A DNA stretch of 63,838 nucleotides, counting the filler, from Xylographa opegraphella (taxonomy: Eukaryota): the NCBI GenBank assembly GCA_022813865.1. It is 9 parts of 9 records of this genome, joined end to end, with 100 filler letters (N's around TTAATTAATTAA, not from the genome) between each part and the next. Parts side by side here need not be neighbours in the genome. Positions count along the whole stretch, not along the records: positions 50,706 to 57,543 come from JALDZX010000208.1; positions 57,644 to 63,838 come from JALDZX010000213.1; 7 more parts are not named here. One strand, written 5' to 3'. Positions within the stretch are counted from its first letter, which is position 1. Each line of letters opens with the position of its first letter. The position numbers and the translations under genes were made by a program. The notes beneath the pieces are model-generated. The model searched no databases. It was not told the DNA's origin and saw only the letters and a program-made list of their open reading frames with translations. Positions 51,462 through 63,838 of the stretch are shown here, in pieces.

Positions 51462-53734
51462 GATTTGTTTTTTAACGAAAAAGATTATAATTTATTAAGC
51501 GATATTTTTTTCGATGAAAAGTATTTATTAAATTTACAATAACTAAATTTCGATCGTTCGAGATTAAATAAGTTTTTTTAATAATAAAGATACTATTTTT
51601 TCCGCGATCGTTTTGTTTACTTTAAATCGCGATATTATTTAAAGTTTTAAAATAAACTTTATTTTTAATAATTTAACGAATAATTTTTAACGTTATATAT
51701 TTTTCGTGCATTAAAGCTATTTTTGACTATTTTATATTTTTCGAAAATTAAATAAAAAAATAATTAAAACTTTTTAATAATAACAAAAGCAATCGTTAAT
51801 ATAAATTTACTGCTATAAATTTTTGTTTTATTTTTTTAGATATATTTTAACTTTTTTAATCGTAATCAAGATTATTTTTTTATAATTAATAAAATTCTTT
51901 ATTATTGACTAGTTTATTAATAGAATTCTTTATTATTGACTAGTTTATTAATAGAAAAATACGTATATTTACGTTTTAATAAGTTTTATTTATTTTTAAC
52001 CGTTAAAAGTTTTTATACGCGTTTTAATCGATATTATCGATATAAATAATAATTTAATAATATATTTTTACGTTATTTTTAATCTATTTAGCTCGTTTAT
52101 CGTTATTAAATATAATAATAAAATTTAAATTGCTTTTTAGTAAGTTAAATATTAAAACAGTTAAGCTATTAATTAAAATAATGTTTAAATTTATAAAAGT
52201 AATTATAGCGTAAACGTCGAGTGTTTATTCGATTATATAAAATATCTATTTCAATATAAAGTCATTTTTCATGAAAACAAATTATTAAAGGTGATTTATT
52301 TTTATTAGCAAAGAAACAAAGCGTTTTAAATTATAAAATTCGATAAAGTTTATAACGATAAACTTTTTATAAAAAAATATTAAAAAATAAAACTATAATA
52401 TATGATATCGTTTATTATATTTTAATTTATTTACGAATTAGTCGAAGTAAATTTTTTTAAATAATATAAAATTCGACTCGCGATAAAAAAAATTTTATTA
52501 AATTAAAGTGTTTATTATTATATTAAATTCTTAATAAAATATATATATGGTAATTTCGCGCAATTAGCTGCCGCGAATATCGTGAATCTTAAAATTATAA
52601 AAAATCTATTTATTTTTTAAAAGCGCGTAATAGTGACCGCGAGTATATATATATTTTATTTTTATTAAAAAATCGCATAATAAATAATCGTAAAATTTAT
52701 TTATTTTTTCAAAACGCGTAATAAAAATCGTTTAATATATATATATATTTATTTTTGTCGTAAAGAACGCGTAATAAATAATTATAATATTTATTAATAT
52801 CGAGTTTCGTAGTAAATTATTTGGTATTAAATTATTTCGTACGATTAATTATTTTAATCGTTGCACGAACCCGGGTTTATAATTAGCTAAAATAAATAAA
52901 TCAAATTAAAATAGTGACATTAATATTTTATTGAACTATTTATTAAAATACGTAAAAAGATTGCTTTTTTCTTAAAAAAACTTTTTTTATACACGAATAC
53001 GTTAATTTAATAATAGACTAGCGTTTATATTGCTTTCAAACAATATAAAAAAAATTTGTTAAACGACGCTATTTTCAATATTTATAATTATTAAATAAAT
53101 TCTTCGATAAATTGATTAAAATCGATATTATAAAAGCGTATAAATATTATTATTAATAATAGAAATTTTTTTAATATTTTAATTAAATTCTTTTTACGCA
53201 AATCAAATTTTTTACGCAAATCAAATTTTTTACGCAAAAATTATTTAAAATTAAAAAAATCACTGCGGAAAAATTCGCGCGCGTAAAACAATGTTAAAGG
53301 TGTATACATATAAAGTTAATGTGAAATTTTACATTAGTTATATGCTACAGTCGAGAAGCTTATGTAAAAGAAAATAAAATTTCTGCATGAGTGCTGAAAA
53401 TGCTTAACAACAATCGAAAAAGCGATAAATTAAAGGCCTTTGAAAACATTAAAAGACATAAAGCTACACGTCCTCACCGAAAGGCTATTATACTTAAAGT
53501 ATCCAGTAGTATTTTCTTCAATCGAAGCTTATGCAATCACACAATAAGTAGATACTAACGATATTGTACGTCCAGTTTTCCTCTCAAGCATTCATTCTGA
53601 ACATTTATAAGTGGTTGGAACCTCAAAAAGACGCTCGAATAGCAGATTGGGTGAATCTACCACGTATCTTTTGACTGCTGTTGGCAAAGGGACTTATGTT
53701 TTGTATGAACGTGTGCTAATACTGCACCAAAGAA

Positions 53735-56308
53735 ATGAACGAATCCGGGTTTGCTCCGGCTAAGAATCCGCATTTGAACATCCAGCCTGATGGAGGTACC
53801 GGAGGTACGGTGATGGTACCGAGTCTAGTTGATGATACGGAATACTTCTACGATAGCTCAGCAGCCACACGAGAAAACCTCTTGCCGCTGGAAAATCAGT
53901 CCGTAGACATAATAGCGTCTCATGAAGCAAAAACGTCAAAGCCAATTTATGATCTGCCCGGTGCTCATCAATCGCATTCGAAAGCTGGCGGTGAATGCAC
54001 TTCAAAGGACTCTAGAGTAAATTATTTCAGCAAACAGCAAGTCAACACGAATAGAAGCACCACTCTGAAAACCACTTTTTCGTCCTATGAAAATATAGGT
54101 GGGAACGGCGCAAAGGTTTCAGAAATACTTGGCCTCTGTAACCGCACCGAAAGATCGAATATGGACGACGAGGATGTGGCCGTAAATCCTTCCCTAGGTC
54201 GTTCAAGCACAGTAGGCTCGCGCAGAGATTTCGGGCTCCTGAAAATTGTGAAGGACAGTGATCGCAATATAGACAGCATACTAAGTGGTATAAATGGTGG
54301 GCAGGACACGCAGGGAGGTCTCTATCTTACTCAATCGCCACTGTCCCAGACAACACCCGGAATATCAGCAGCCTGTATTGTCAAACAACCTTCTTCAGAA
54401 CCAGGTTTTGGCGCTGCAGATGCTTGTGAGCCACCAGATAAGCCCCAGAAACAGTCACAATCCCCCCTCAAGACACAAAACGGTACAACTACTGGCGCTA
54501 CGGATATAGTGGATAGTACTAAGGCAGTGAAGCATGTGCTGATGCAAGCTAACAAGCTGAACACTGACCCTCAAATCGAGCGATCTACTCTGGCCGATGG
54601 CGGTTTCGCAGTCAGTGACGAACCCAAGATGACCGAGAACAGTATGTTGTTAAATCTAGAGGATGGTGAGCCAGAAAAGACATCGGCTACTGTCAAGGAT
54701 GAAGAGATTGACAGCGGTGGTGCCAAAACTCTCGATTGTGACTTGCAGATGCCGAGTATTGCAGAGGCAGAGTTTGAGCTGGACTCCTCCCCGTGGGAAT
54801 CATCCTTGGGCAGCTCACCCAATGCTACGTCAGATGACAGTAGCGAAAATGATTACGAAATGCTTGATCCAGCCGAGCAAGCCCGTCGATTAATGCAGGA
54901 AGATGGAGGGTCTGAAGACGGCCGTGGGAACAAATGCACTGTCAATAGGCCCCTGCGGACCTTGCATGAAGAGCCGGACGAAATCGTGGAAAAGCCTAAC
55001 GTGGCTGTGACAGCAAACATGAGGATTGAGCCACTGGGATGGGTGGAAACACTGGTCGAAAATCTCGTGTTAGTCAAGGCCAAAACCACGGGAGAACACC
55101 AAGTTTTGGAAACGGGCTCCGTACTCTGTCTTCAGGATCGTACCGTTATCGGAGTTATAGCTGAGACTCTCGGCCGTGTGCAGCAGCCTCTATACTCTAT
55201 ACGATTCACGAATGCCGCCGCTATTGAGCAAGCAGGTATATCTAAAGGCACCTACATTTATTATGCGCCACAATACTCGACTTACGTATTCACGCAGACC
55301 CTTAAGGCTTGCAAGGGTTCAGATGCCTCCAATATTCACGACGAGGAAGTTGGAGATGATGAGCTTGAGTTTTCGGACGATGAAATTGAGGCAGAACATA
55401 AGAGGAACCTAAAGCTTCATAGGCAAGGACGTCGAGGAGAACGACAAAGTGCCAGCAATAGATCTGCGCGTGCAGCATGGCCAAATGATCCTCGGAAGAT
55501 TGGAATGGAGATCCAAAACAGTGGAGACGTAAGCATCAGTTACGATGAAATCAACATTATTGATGACCTTTATACACCTTTGTCGAGACCTGTGGACCTC
55601 CAACAGCAGATACGCCAAGGGGATCTCCTATCTAGCTCGCAACGCGGAGATCGTAATAGAAGCAACAACCGGAGGCGAAGCCGGGGAGACTCTAACGGAA
55701 GTCGAGGTGGTCGTGGAGAGAAGTCGCGTGGTTATGGTTGGGAACCATATCGAACGAGAGGACCAGATACCAGTGACGACAGGCAGCAGACTTCACTTCC
55801 CCAGCTTGATCTGTCCTTACCTCCGATTCCTACAGCGACTAGATCAGCATTGCCCTTGGTGCCTCCGCAGACTTCGCTATCGGCTTTGGGTCACTCTGTC
55901 GGGCCGCCATATTCACCTCCACAGCAGTACCCGTACCACGAATTTACTACTGGGACATCGTTCCGACATCAGCGGGTTTCTCCATATAATGGCCAAGCAT
56001 CATACAGCTATATACCTCAGCCAACTTCTCCTAATTATCAACCGCCTTACCAGCATTATCTTCAAACTGGTCAAATTCGTCCACCGCGTTCTCGACAATC
56101 GATGAACTCTTACGGACAGCCCTTGCCGTTGTATCCTAACGGGCCAGTCTCGTCATCCTATTCTTCTCCACCACTACCACCTGGGGCATTTGTAAATCCA
56201 GCTTTCTTTGGAAACCACTACCAAAAACTGCCTAATCAACAGCCTTTGGCTTACAGCCACGAAATTTACCCGCCACATCAAAATAGCTATTTGGGCGATC
56301 AAAAGTAG
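53735..56308 (+). CDS. NAF1: H/ACA snoRNP assembly factor Naf1
   Basis: Gar1/Naf1 domain IEPLG.V..LVENLVLVK..VLETGSVLCLQDRTVIG.IAETLGRVQQPLYSIRF, then KGSDASNIHDEEVGDDELEFSDDE; acidic N-terminus, RG- and Pro-rich C-terminus. Terminal exons unverified. Confidence 0.92.
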   Translation: MNESGFAPAKNPHLNIQPDGGTGGTVMVPSLVDDTEYFYDSSAATRENLLPLENQSVDIIASHEAKTSKPIYDLPGAHQSHSKAGGECTSKDSRVNYFSKQQVNTNRSTTLKTTFSSYENIGGNGAKVSEILGLCNRTERSNMDDEDVAVNPSLGRSSTVGSRRDFGLLKIVKDSDRNIDSILSGINGGQDTQGGLYLTQSPLSQTTPGISAACIVKQPSSEPGFGAADACEPPDKPQKQSQSPLKTQNGTTTGATDIVDSTKAVKHVLMQANKLNTDPQIERSTLADGGFAVSDEPKMTENSMLLNLEDGEPEKTSATVKDEEIDSGGAKTLDCDLQMPSIAEAEFELDSSPWESSLGSSPNATSDDSSENDYEMLDPAEQARRLMQEDGGSEDGRGNKCTVNRPLRTLHEEPDEIVEKPNVAVTANMRIEPLGWVETLVENLVLVKAKTTGEHQVLETGSVLCLQDRTVIGVIAETLGRVQQPLYSIRFTNAAAIEQAGISKGTYIYYAPQYSTYVFTQTLKACKGSDASNIHDEEVGDDELEFSDDEIEAEHKRNLKLHRQGRRGERQSASNRSARAAWPNDPRKIGMEIQNSGDVSISYDEINIIDDLYTPLSRPVDLQQQIRQGDLLSSSQRGDRNRSNNRRRSRGDSNGSRGGRGEKSRGYGWEPYRTRGPDTSDDRQQTSLPQLDLSLPPIPTATRSALPLVPPQTSLSALGHSVGPPYSPPQQYPYHEFTTGTSFRHQRVSPYNGQASYSYIPQPTSPNYQPPYQHYLQTGQIRPPRSRQSMNSYGQPLPLYPNGPVSSSYSSPPLPPGAFVNPAFFGNHYQKLPNQQPLAYSHEIYPPHQNSYLGDQK

Positions 56309-57180
56309 TGTTTCTTGCCTTTCTTAAAACTGTACAGTAATTTTTAAAGGGTAATAGACTCTCAAACTTTATTATCTCCCTGTTTTATATGGTTGCTGAT
56401 GGTGTGGTATGGGATGCTACCATGCAAAAATCCATCTGCGCACTAAGGACAGCATACTCTGATGACATACCGCGGCTGGCTTCGAACTCTTATGACCACA
56501 GCGCCCTCTCAGTAGAAATTCAAAGTAGTAAAGTTTCTAATATTTAATGAGTTTAGCAAAGTTCTCTGGACTCGTGCCCACTTCTGGATTTCTAGACAGA
56601 TTAATTCGTAGTTGACCAAGTATTAATGATATACAGAAAGCACTGAACAGACCGCGTTTATTTGAATTTCTTCACGATTCGTATACGATTTTACGGCGTA
56701 TATTAATTTACTGTTATTAATATATAATAAATAAATAGTTAATATTGTTAAACGCAAATTAACTGTTACGACCCAGGTTTTTTTTAATAAAAATTTAAAA
56801 TACGCAAAATCAATATTTTATTAAATTCGAAAAAATTACCTTTAAAATCGAGTTTTATAAAATTGTCACGGGTTCTGGATTCTGAACTTTAACCTGATCT
56901 GTGCTTCTCTCTTTTTGCTTTGTTTGCACATTTTAGCGAGTCATTATATAATAAAACTTTTTTTTCATAATTCAAAATCGATTTTTTCACATTATTACAC
57001 GATTACAAATTTTATAATCAAATGTTTATTTCACAAAAACGTAAAAAAAATTAAGGAAAAAATAATTATAAGAATACGATATTAATAAATTATACGCAAG
57101 TCGAACGCGCGAAAAAGGTAAAAAAAATTACGAATTTTTTATTTTTTTGTTAACGATTTATTCGTTTTTATATATATATA

Positions 57181-57543
57181 TGTGACGGCTATGACATCAG
57201 TCACAGGTAATAGGGGTCGGGCTGGATCAGGACTAGCACCTTTAGTATATAGTCTCGCCCATGGAGCAGCCTCATCGCTTCTCCATCTTAATCTGGGTTG
57301 AAATCGTCCACCTAAAGCTTACGTTCTAGGCGTGCTTGNGTGGTGAGTTGATGAGCCATAACATTAGATTAAGATCCTCAAATACTTATGACGGTTTGAG
57401 TATCGTGTCTGTCTTGTCTTGTTCTGTTTTAAGGATACTAACCGTTCTTGTTCTTGTTCTTGTCTTGTTCTTGTCTTTGCGCACGAAGTCCTATCAGTAA
57501 ATAGGCAACCATTAATTACGTTTTTACTTCTACAACTTCGCTA
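57181..57543 (+). mobile_element. 5' LTR A (57181-57363) followed by apparently un-RIPped internal leader
   Basis: No TSD; downstream TTAGATTAAGAT is complementary to LTR-internal ATCTTAATCTGG (putative PBS), followed by a CT-rich leader up to the contig end. Confidence 0.75.
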
Positions 57544-59439
57544 NNNNNNNNNNNNNNNNNNNNNNNNNNNNNNNNNNNNNNNNNNNNTTAATTAATTAAN
57601 NNNNNNNNNNNNNNNNNNNNNNNNNNNNNNNNNNNNNNNNNNNGCAGCCGCCGCGTTAGGGTTCCTCCGCGCCGAGCTCACCCGGTTCTGGCCTGAACCT
57701 TAACAAAAGAGTTCTCCTGAAATTAAAACTTTAAAAGACTTTTCAAGTTCTGTACTAAGCTAGTCCTAATTGGCTATAGTACAAAACGACAACACCGGCT
57801 GCTAACCCCCTGGATTTTCAACAATATGCCGTAAAATCATATTCAAATCGCAATAAATATACTATTAATTATTTATTTTGTGGAGAATAGAGTCCCACCC
57901 TGCCTGCAGAATAGCGAATGCTGCCAAGCGGGAGCTCGGGCCGCCGTAGGCCCGGCGACGCTAGTGCGCGGGTATATAGTCTCGTAGTTGTTCATAGCTA
58001 ATACAACACACTTGTCTACTCCTATTTCTGTATAGAATGCCCACTGCGCTATTAGTACCCATCGTACCTTTTAACATTTTTTAAATTTTTTTTTAAATTT
58101 TTTTTATTAATATAAAACGAAATTTCAAAACTCGATATTAAAATGAAAAACGCGGATTCTTTCAATTACGTTAAATAACTGTTAAAGTAAACGATTTCGT
58201 ACGTTTTAAATTAATATAACTTTATATAATCGATCGTTTCGTTCGATTCACGCTTTCTCCGCGCTGAGGGAAATCAATATTTAATATTAAAAAATTTCAA
58301 AAATTAACATCAAGACAAAAACTACGTTTTTTAAATTATATTAAACGATTACTGAAATGAATTAATCTTAACGTTTTAAATATATATAACTTCTTGTAAT
58401 TAATTATTTCGCGAAGTTTCAATCGATTATTTTATATAAAATTAAAATTACGTAATAAAGCGTTTATAAAGCTTTAAATTTAAATATTTTTATATTTTAT
58501 ATATATAAAAACGACGTTTGTTACGCGTATTCAAGGCCTCTTGTTGAAATATTCGGATTATAAAAAGTAAAAATTTTACGTTTTATTTTCATTTTTTTAT
58601 TATAATTATATTTTTCACCCGCGCCCCGCGTATTTTTCGATCAGTATTTAACTTCTTTATCGAGATAAATAATAATTCTCAATATTATAGAGAAATATAT
58701 TGTTACGCTGAGATAAATTTAATTATAAATTAATAAAATAAAATAATAATTTTTTTAATAAATTTTTTTTTTTGCAAACTCGCGTATTTTATAACAACGC
58801 GTTTTATTAAATTAACTTAACTTTATCGTTACGCCATCGCGAAAATAATTATTAACGTCGTATATCGCGTAAAGGTGTAATTCATCGTTTTATTATTGCT
58901 GCAACACAGCAGTAACACTCAGTGCGAGCTCACTGAGAGCAACGTTGATAAATAAAAAAAATTAAATCGCCGCATGTTTATAATATAAAAACAAATACTC
59001 GTTAATATCGAAATATCGATAATATTCGACATTATAGTACATGTCAATCGCCTAATCAGGTTCCCTAGGCGAGGTGGCTTTTGATTTCGGGTTCGAAACA
59101 ATATTTTTGCCTAAGTGGTTTAACCACGCGGGTCTGCGACGCGAAGGAAGCGAGGAATTCAGAAAATTTATTTGTAGAAATACCTTACCCATCTTAGGCA
59201 ACGAGGCAACACAGACTCCATCGCTGATACTCGCGGAAGTACCGTTTAGTTAGACTATCTAGTCATAACTTGACACTGCCGATCGTCCGCGAGTTTGCGT
59301 CAAAGTGGAGGTCTTAAGAACCACAAGAAACGATACACACGCTGCAGTGGTAGGGATATCTCGATGCAGAGCCTCGCGACTGTCAAATAATCTGCTGGCC
59401 GTGGGGAGTTCTGCATATTAGCAAAGTCCCTGCCAGAAT

Positions 59440-62400
59440 ATGTCGATACTCCCACCGGAAATACATCATGCCCTCAGCGAACTTCTTCAGGCACTATCTT
59501 CCTCTGACAACGACATTCGTTCACATGCCGAGGAACAACTGAACTCGGAATGGGTAGCTGCCAGGCCCGACATACTTTTGATGGGCTTGGTAGAACAAAT
59601 ACAACAATCTGCAGATTCGTCGGTGGGTAGAGGAACATGCGGTCCGCATGCCCTGTTAAGACCGATGTGACTAACGAATTCTCTAGACACGATCTTTCGC
59701 TTCGGTCCTCTTTCGGCGTATTGCAACAAAGACAAGGAAGATATCAGGGCTCAGCGAGCCACGAGAGCTGTTTCTGTCAGTAGGGCAGCAACAAAAAATC
59801 GCGATTCGTTCCAAGCTTTTACAATGCCTTCAAAACGAATTGACAACTGCAGTTCGAAAAAAGGTCGGCGACGCTGTAGCGGAAATTGCTCGGCAGTATA
59901 CCGATGATGGTACGTCTCTCATCATCCCCTTTAGATTGACGAATAAGGCCTGAAACAGAGTCACAGGCGAGCCATGGCCAGAGTTGCTGGGAACTCTCTT
60001 TCAGGCCAGTCAATCGCAAGACTCGGGTCAGCGCGAAGGGGCCTTCAGAATCTTTGCCACAACTCCAGGCATAATAGAAAAACAACACGAAGATACGGTT
60101 CAATCAGCATTCGCCAGGGGTTTTAAGGACGACAATGTAGATGTGCGAAAACCAGCTCCAAGTTTGATTGTGTTTCATGCTTATCCAGTTGTCTAGGTAC
60201 GGATAGCAGCAATGGAAGCGTTCGCATCATTCTTCCGGTCCATCGAGAGAAAGTCGCAGAAGAAATACTATGGTGCAGTCGCAGAGATTCTGAACATTCT
60301 CCCACCTCTGAAAGAAGTGGGCGACTCTGAAAATCTCTCTAAAGCTTTGGTTGCCCTAATCGAGCTTGCCGAGATTGCTCCTACGATGTTCAAGGCACTG
60401 TTTCATAGCTTGGTACAGTTCTGCATGACGGTAATCCAGGATAAAGACCTTGGCGATCAAGTGCGGCAGAACGCGCTCGAACTGATGGCGACCTTTGCTG
60501 ATTACAATGCTGCAATGTGCAAAAAGGACGTTTCGTATACTTCCGACATGGTGACTCAATGTCTCAGTTTGATGACTGACATCGGTATGGACGACGATGA
60601 TGCAGCAGACTGGAATGCTTCTGAAGACGTGAGGAGATCGTATCTACATCCTGAACTAACACTAATATCGGGACCAGCTCGATGTGGAAGAAAGCGATCT
60701 CAACCATGTAGCAGGGGAGCAATGTATGGACCGCCTTGCCAATAAGCTTGGTGGTCAAGCTGTCCTCCCACCCACTTTCAATTGGCTACCACGAATGATG
60801 CAGTCATCAGCGTGGAGAGATCGGCATGCTGCGCTCATGGCTATCTCGGCAATTTCTGAGGGTTGCAAAGATCTCATGGAAGGCGAACTGGACAAGGTTT
60901 TAGCCCTTGTGATTCCAGCTCTTCGTGATCCTCACCCTCGGGTGAGATGGGCAGGCTGCAATGCTTTGGGACAGATGAGCACTGACTTCGCCGGGACCAT
61001 GCAACAGAAGTATCACAACATTGTTTTGACAAATATCATTCCAGTCCTTAACTCTGCCGAACCTCGAGTACAATCCCATGCTGCTGCTGCCTTGGTTAAT
61101 TTCTGCGAGGAAGCACAGAAGACTACTCTAGAACCTTATCTAGATGGCCTGCTTGATCACCTTCTTCGATTGTTACGAAGCCGCAAACGTTTTGTACAAG
61201 AGCAAGCTCTTTCTACGATAGCAACTATCGCTGATTCTGCTGAAACCGCGTTTGGAAAGTACTATGATACCCTGATGCCGTTATTATTCAATGTTCTGAG
61301 AGAAGAGCAATCGAAAGAATTCCGATTGCTCAGAGCCAAGGCGATGGAGTGTGCTACGTTGATCGGTATGACGTTGTCTCAAGATGTTCCTTTGCATGCT
61401 AAAACTATATAGCGCTGGCGGTAGGCAAGCAGCGAATGGGTCAAGATGCTCTAGATCTCGTGCAACTTTTGGGTCATATACAGAGTAAGCCCCTACGTCA
61501 CGTTTGGAAATATGGAATTTCTCACTTGATATAGGCAATATGCGGGATGCTGACGATCCTCAATCACAATATCTCCTACATTGCTGGGGACGTATGTGTC
61601 GAGTCTTAGGTCAGGATTTTGTCCCATATTTACCAAGTGTCATGCCACCATTGATAGAGCTAGCGAGTGCAAAAGCTGATATTCAGCTTCTTGATGACGA
61701 GGAACAGATCGCAAATTTCGAACAAGAAGAGGGCTGGGAATTGGTGCCCTTGAAAGGTAAAGTGATTGGCATTAAGACGTCAATCTTAGAGGACAAACAT
61801 ATGGCAACTGAATTAATCGTCGTATATGCTCAACAATTAGTAGCCGCTTTCGAGCCATATGTTCTGGATATCATGCAAAACGTCTCCTTACCGGGGCTCG
61901 CATTTTTCTTTCACGATCCAGTGCGAGTGGCCTCTGCAAAAAGTGTACCGATGCTTCTCAATTCATACATGAAGGCCCATGGCGAACGATCGCCTCAGAT
62001 GGCCAAGCTATGGGAGTTGACCGTGGAGAAAATACTTGAGGTACTTACACCTGAAATTTCTATAGACACTCTAGCGGAAATGTACCAATGTTTCTACGAG
62101 TCGGTCGAAGTTATCGGGAACGACAGCCTCACGCCAATACATATGCAGAATTTCATCGAGGCTGCCAGGGGAACGCTACTGGAATACCAACAAAGAGTGG
62201 AAAAGAGGTTAGAGGAACAGCAAGAGACAGAGGACGGCGAGGAGGAATCAGAAGACACTCTTTTTGCCATCGAAGACGACCAGACCCTCCTCTCGGACAT
62301 GAACAAGGCATTTCATACGATTTTTAAGCATCAGGGCAGCTCCTTCCTCCCAGCCTGGTCTCGTTTGCTTCCATTTTACAATACTTTCATTACGAATATA

Positions 62401-63103
62401 GACTCCACACAACGACAATGGGCGCTTTGCATCATGGATGACGTGCTAGAATTTTGTGGGGACCAGAGCTGGACGTATCAGGCCCATATTCGCCAGCCAC
62501 TTATCGACGGCATGCGAGATGAGATACCCGCCAACCGACAAGCAGCGTGCTATGGCGTAGGAATAGCCGCACAGAAGGGCGGTCAAGCTTGGTCCAATTT
62601 TGCAGCCGAGTGTCTCCCGATCTTGTTCCAGGTCTGTCAGGTACCGAACGCCAGGGAAGATGACCACGTCTTTGCCACAGAAAATGCCTGCGCAAGTATT
62701 TCAAAGATTCTCCAGAGCAATGCAGCGAAAGTCCCGAACGTTCAAGAGGTGGTCGCACACTGGATCAATACCCTCCCAGTCGTCAACGATGAGGAAGCTG
62801 CGCCTTACGCGTATATGTTTCTTGCTGGTTTAATTGATCAGTAGGTCTTGGAACCCTGAGGGGCTTAGTATATTCGAACTGATTGTCATTTACAGATCCA
62901 ACCCCGCCGTTCTCGCTGCTGCGGAGAATGTTTTTGTCGCAATTGCTTTAGCGCTCGAAGCGGAGACCATTCAGGGCCAAACAGCTGCGCGAGTCATAGC
63001 CGCCACAAAAACGTTACTACAGAGAAGCAATATTGATATAAGAAGAATACTTTCGACATTGAGTTCAGAGACGCAGCAAACTGTGCAGACGTATTTCACC
63101 TGA
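59440..63103 (+). CDS. KAP121: Importin beta-3 / karyopherin Kap121 (Pse1, Sal3)
   Basis: [106 protein letters not shown]. Introns 59623-59686, 59910-59966, 60143-60196, 60629-60677, 61366-61412, 61485-61534, 62841-62895. Confidence 0.96.
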
Positions 63104-63776
63104 GATTGAATACGAATCAGGAGATGAATTTTTTTTTACATTGAGAATATAATTCGTGCTTTTCAAAAGGTCGTGCGATAACGATTAAATCAAACTTGAT
63201 AATAAATCAATTGAATCAATTCAAATACATATTGCGAGTTCATTTCGTATTCAAAATATTAATAAATTACAAAATTATTTTATAAATAAAGGGGAAAAAA
63301 TTATATACCCATGTGTTGAATATTGAATATATGAAGTCAAATTTATAAAAAATAAGAAAAAAATTTTCGCCCTGAATATATTCTGTATTAATTATAATTG
63401 AAAAGTTCGAAAGGAAATAAAGAAAATAATAAAGAAAACTCGAAGGGTTTTCGTTTATTTCTTAAATTTTTTTATACCCGGGTAATTATATTAAACCCGG
63501 GGACCCCTTTAAAAATATTTTTCCTTAACAATTTGAATTTACAGACTTTTTGTTAATATTTTTATTATTCATAAATATCGAGATTTATTGCTAAATAAAA
63601 TTATTATCGAATAATATTTTATTATTGAATAAGAATAAATAAACGTTATTAAAAAAATTTATTACTTTATTTTTTAATATTTTTATAAAAAAAATCGTTT
63701 TTTTCTAAACAACTACGAAATTAATTTTGAAATAATTATATATTTTTATTTAAATAAAATATATAACGGGACCGTT

Positions 63777-63838
63777 TGTTACGATCCTGCCTCTCACTAG
63801 TATAGTTCGATTAAGGATCTGGGTTGGATTCGTCAATG
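63777..63838 (-). mobile_element. LTR B 3' end at window end
   Basis: TGTTACGATCCTGCCTCTCACTAGTATAGTTCGATT is the reverse complement of the end of 23362-23725 and 31035-31402. Confidence 0.85.

Noticed and set aside
7439..57599. TTAATTAATTAA recurring every ~7 kb as a periodic biological element
   Set aside because: Always centred in 44+44 N; it is a six-frame-stop assembly linker.
620..59101. I/K/N/F/Y-rich short ORFs (1651, 6237, 23021, 30647, 30750, 42526, 58919) as genes or mitochondrial insertions
   Set aside because: Composition reflects RIPped transposon DNA; no mitochondrial gene motifs seen.
8680..63103. A sulfur/redox gene cluster (GST, MET1, SelK-like) across the window
   Set aside because: The GST is on a different, unlinked contig from MET1 and the SelK-like gene; adjacency comes from size sorting.

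Overview
This is filamentous ascomycete (Pezizomycotina) genomic DNA, but not one contiguous locus. Eight identical 100-nt spacers (44 N + TTAATTAATTAA + 44 N) join nine contigs whose lengths fall steadily (7394, 7354, 7275, 7204, 6948, 6929, 6901, 6838 nt, then a truncated last one), i.e. a size-sorted concatenation of unplaced contigs. Most contigs are small GC-balanced islands of intron-containing genes inside very AT-rich, RIP-degraded transposon DNA (Ty3/gypsy, Ty1/copia, DNA transposons) that is dotted with short, largely unmutated solo LTRs carrying 5-bp TSDs. Genes: UPF0643-like protein, a Cys-type GST apparently fused to a WRKY/GCM1-like zinc finger, PSR1-like phosphatase, TIM10, STB6-like protein, tRNA-Thr(AGT), MET1, a small Cys-rich ORF, deoxyribose-phosphate aldolase, a spliced selenoprotein-K-like Cys homologue absent from the ORF track, the 5' end of a SPOUT1/DUF171 methyltransferase, NAF1 and importin beta-3 (KAP121/PSE1). 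The best leads are the zinc finger-GST fusion, the SelK-like gene, a Tf1-type self-priming PBS, a TIR element with a 10-bp TSD, and CpG-sparing, size-limited RIP. All family assignments are from recalled motifs; no database search was run.
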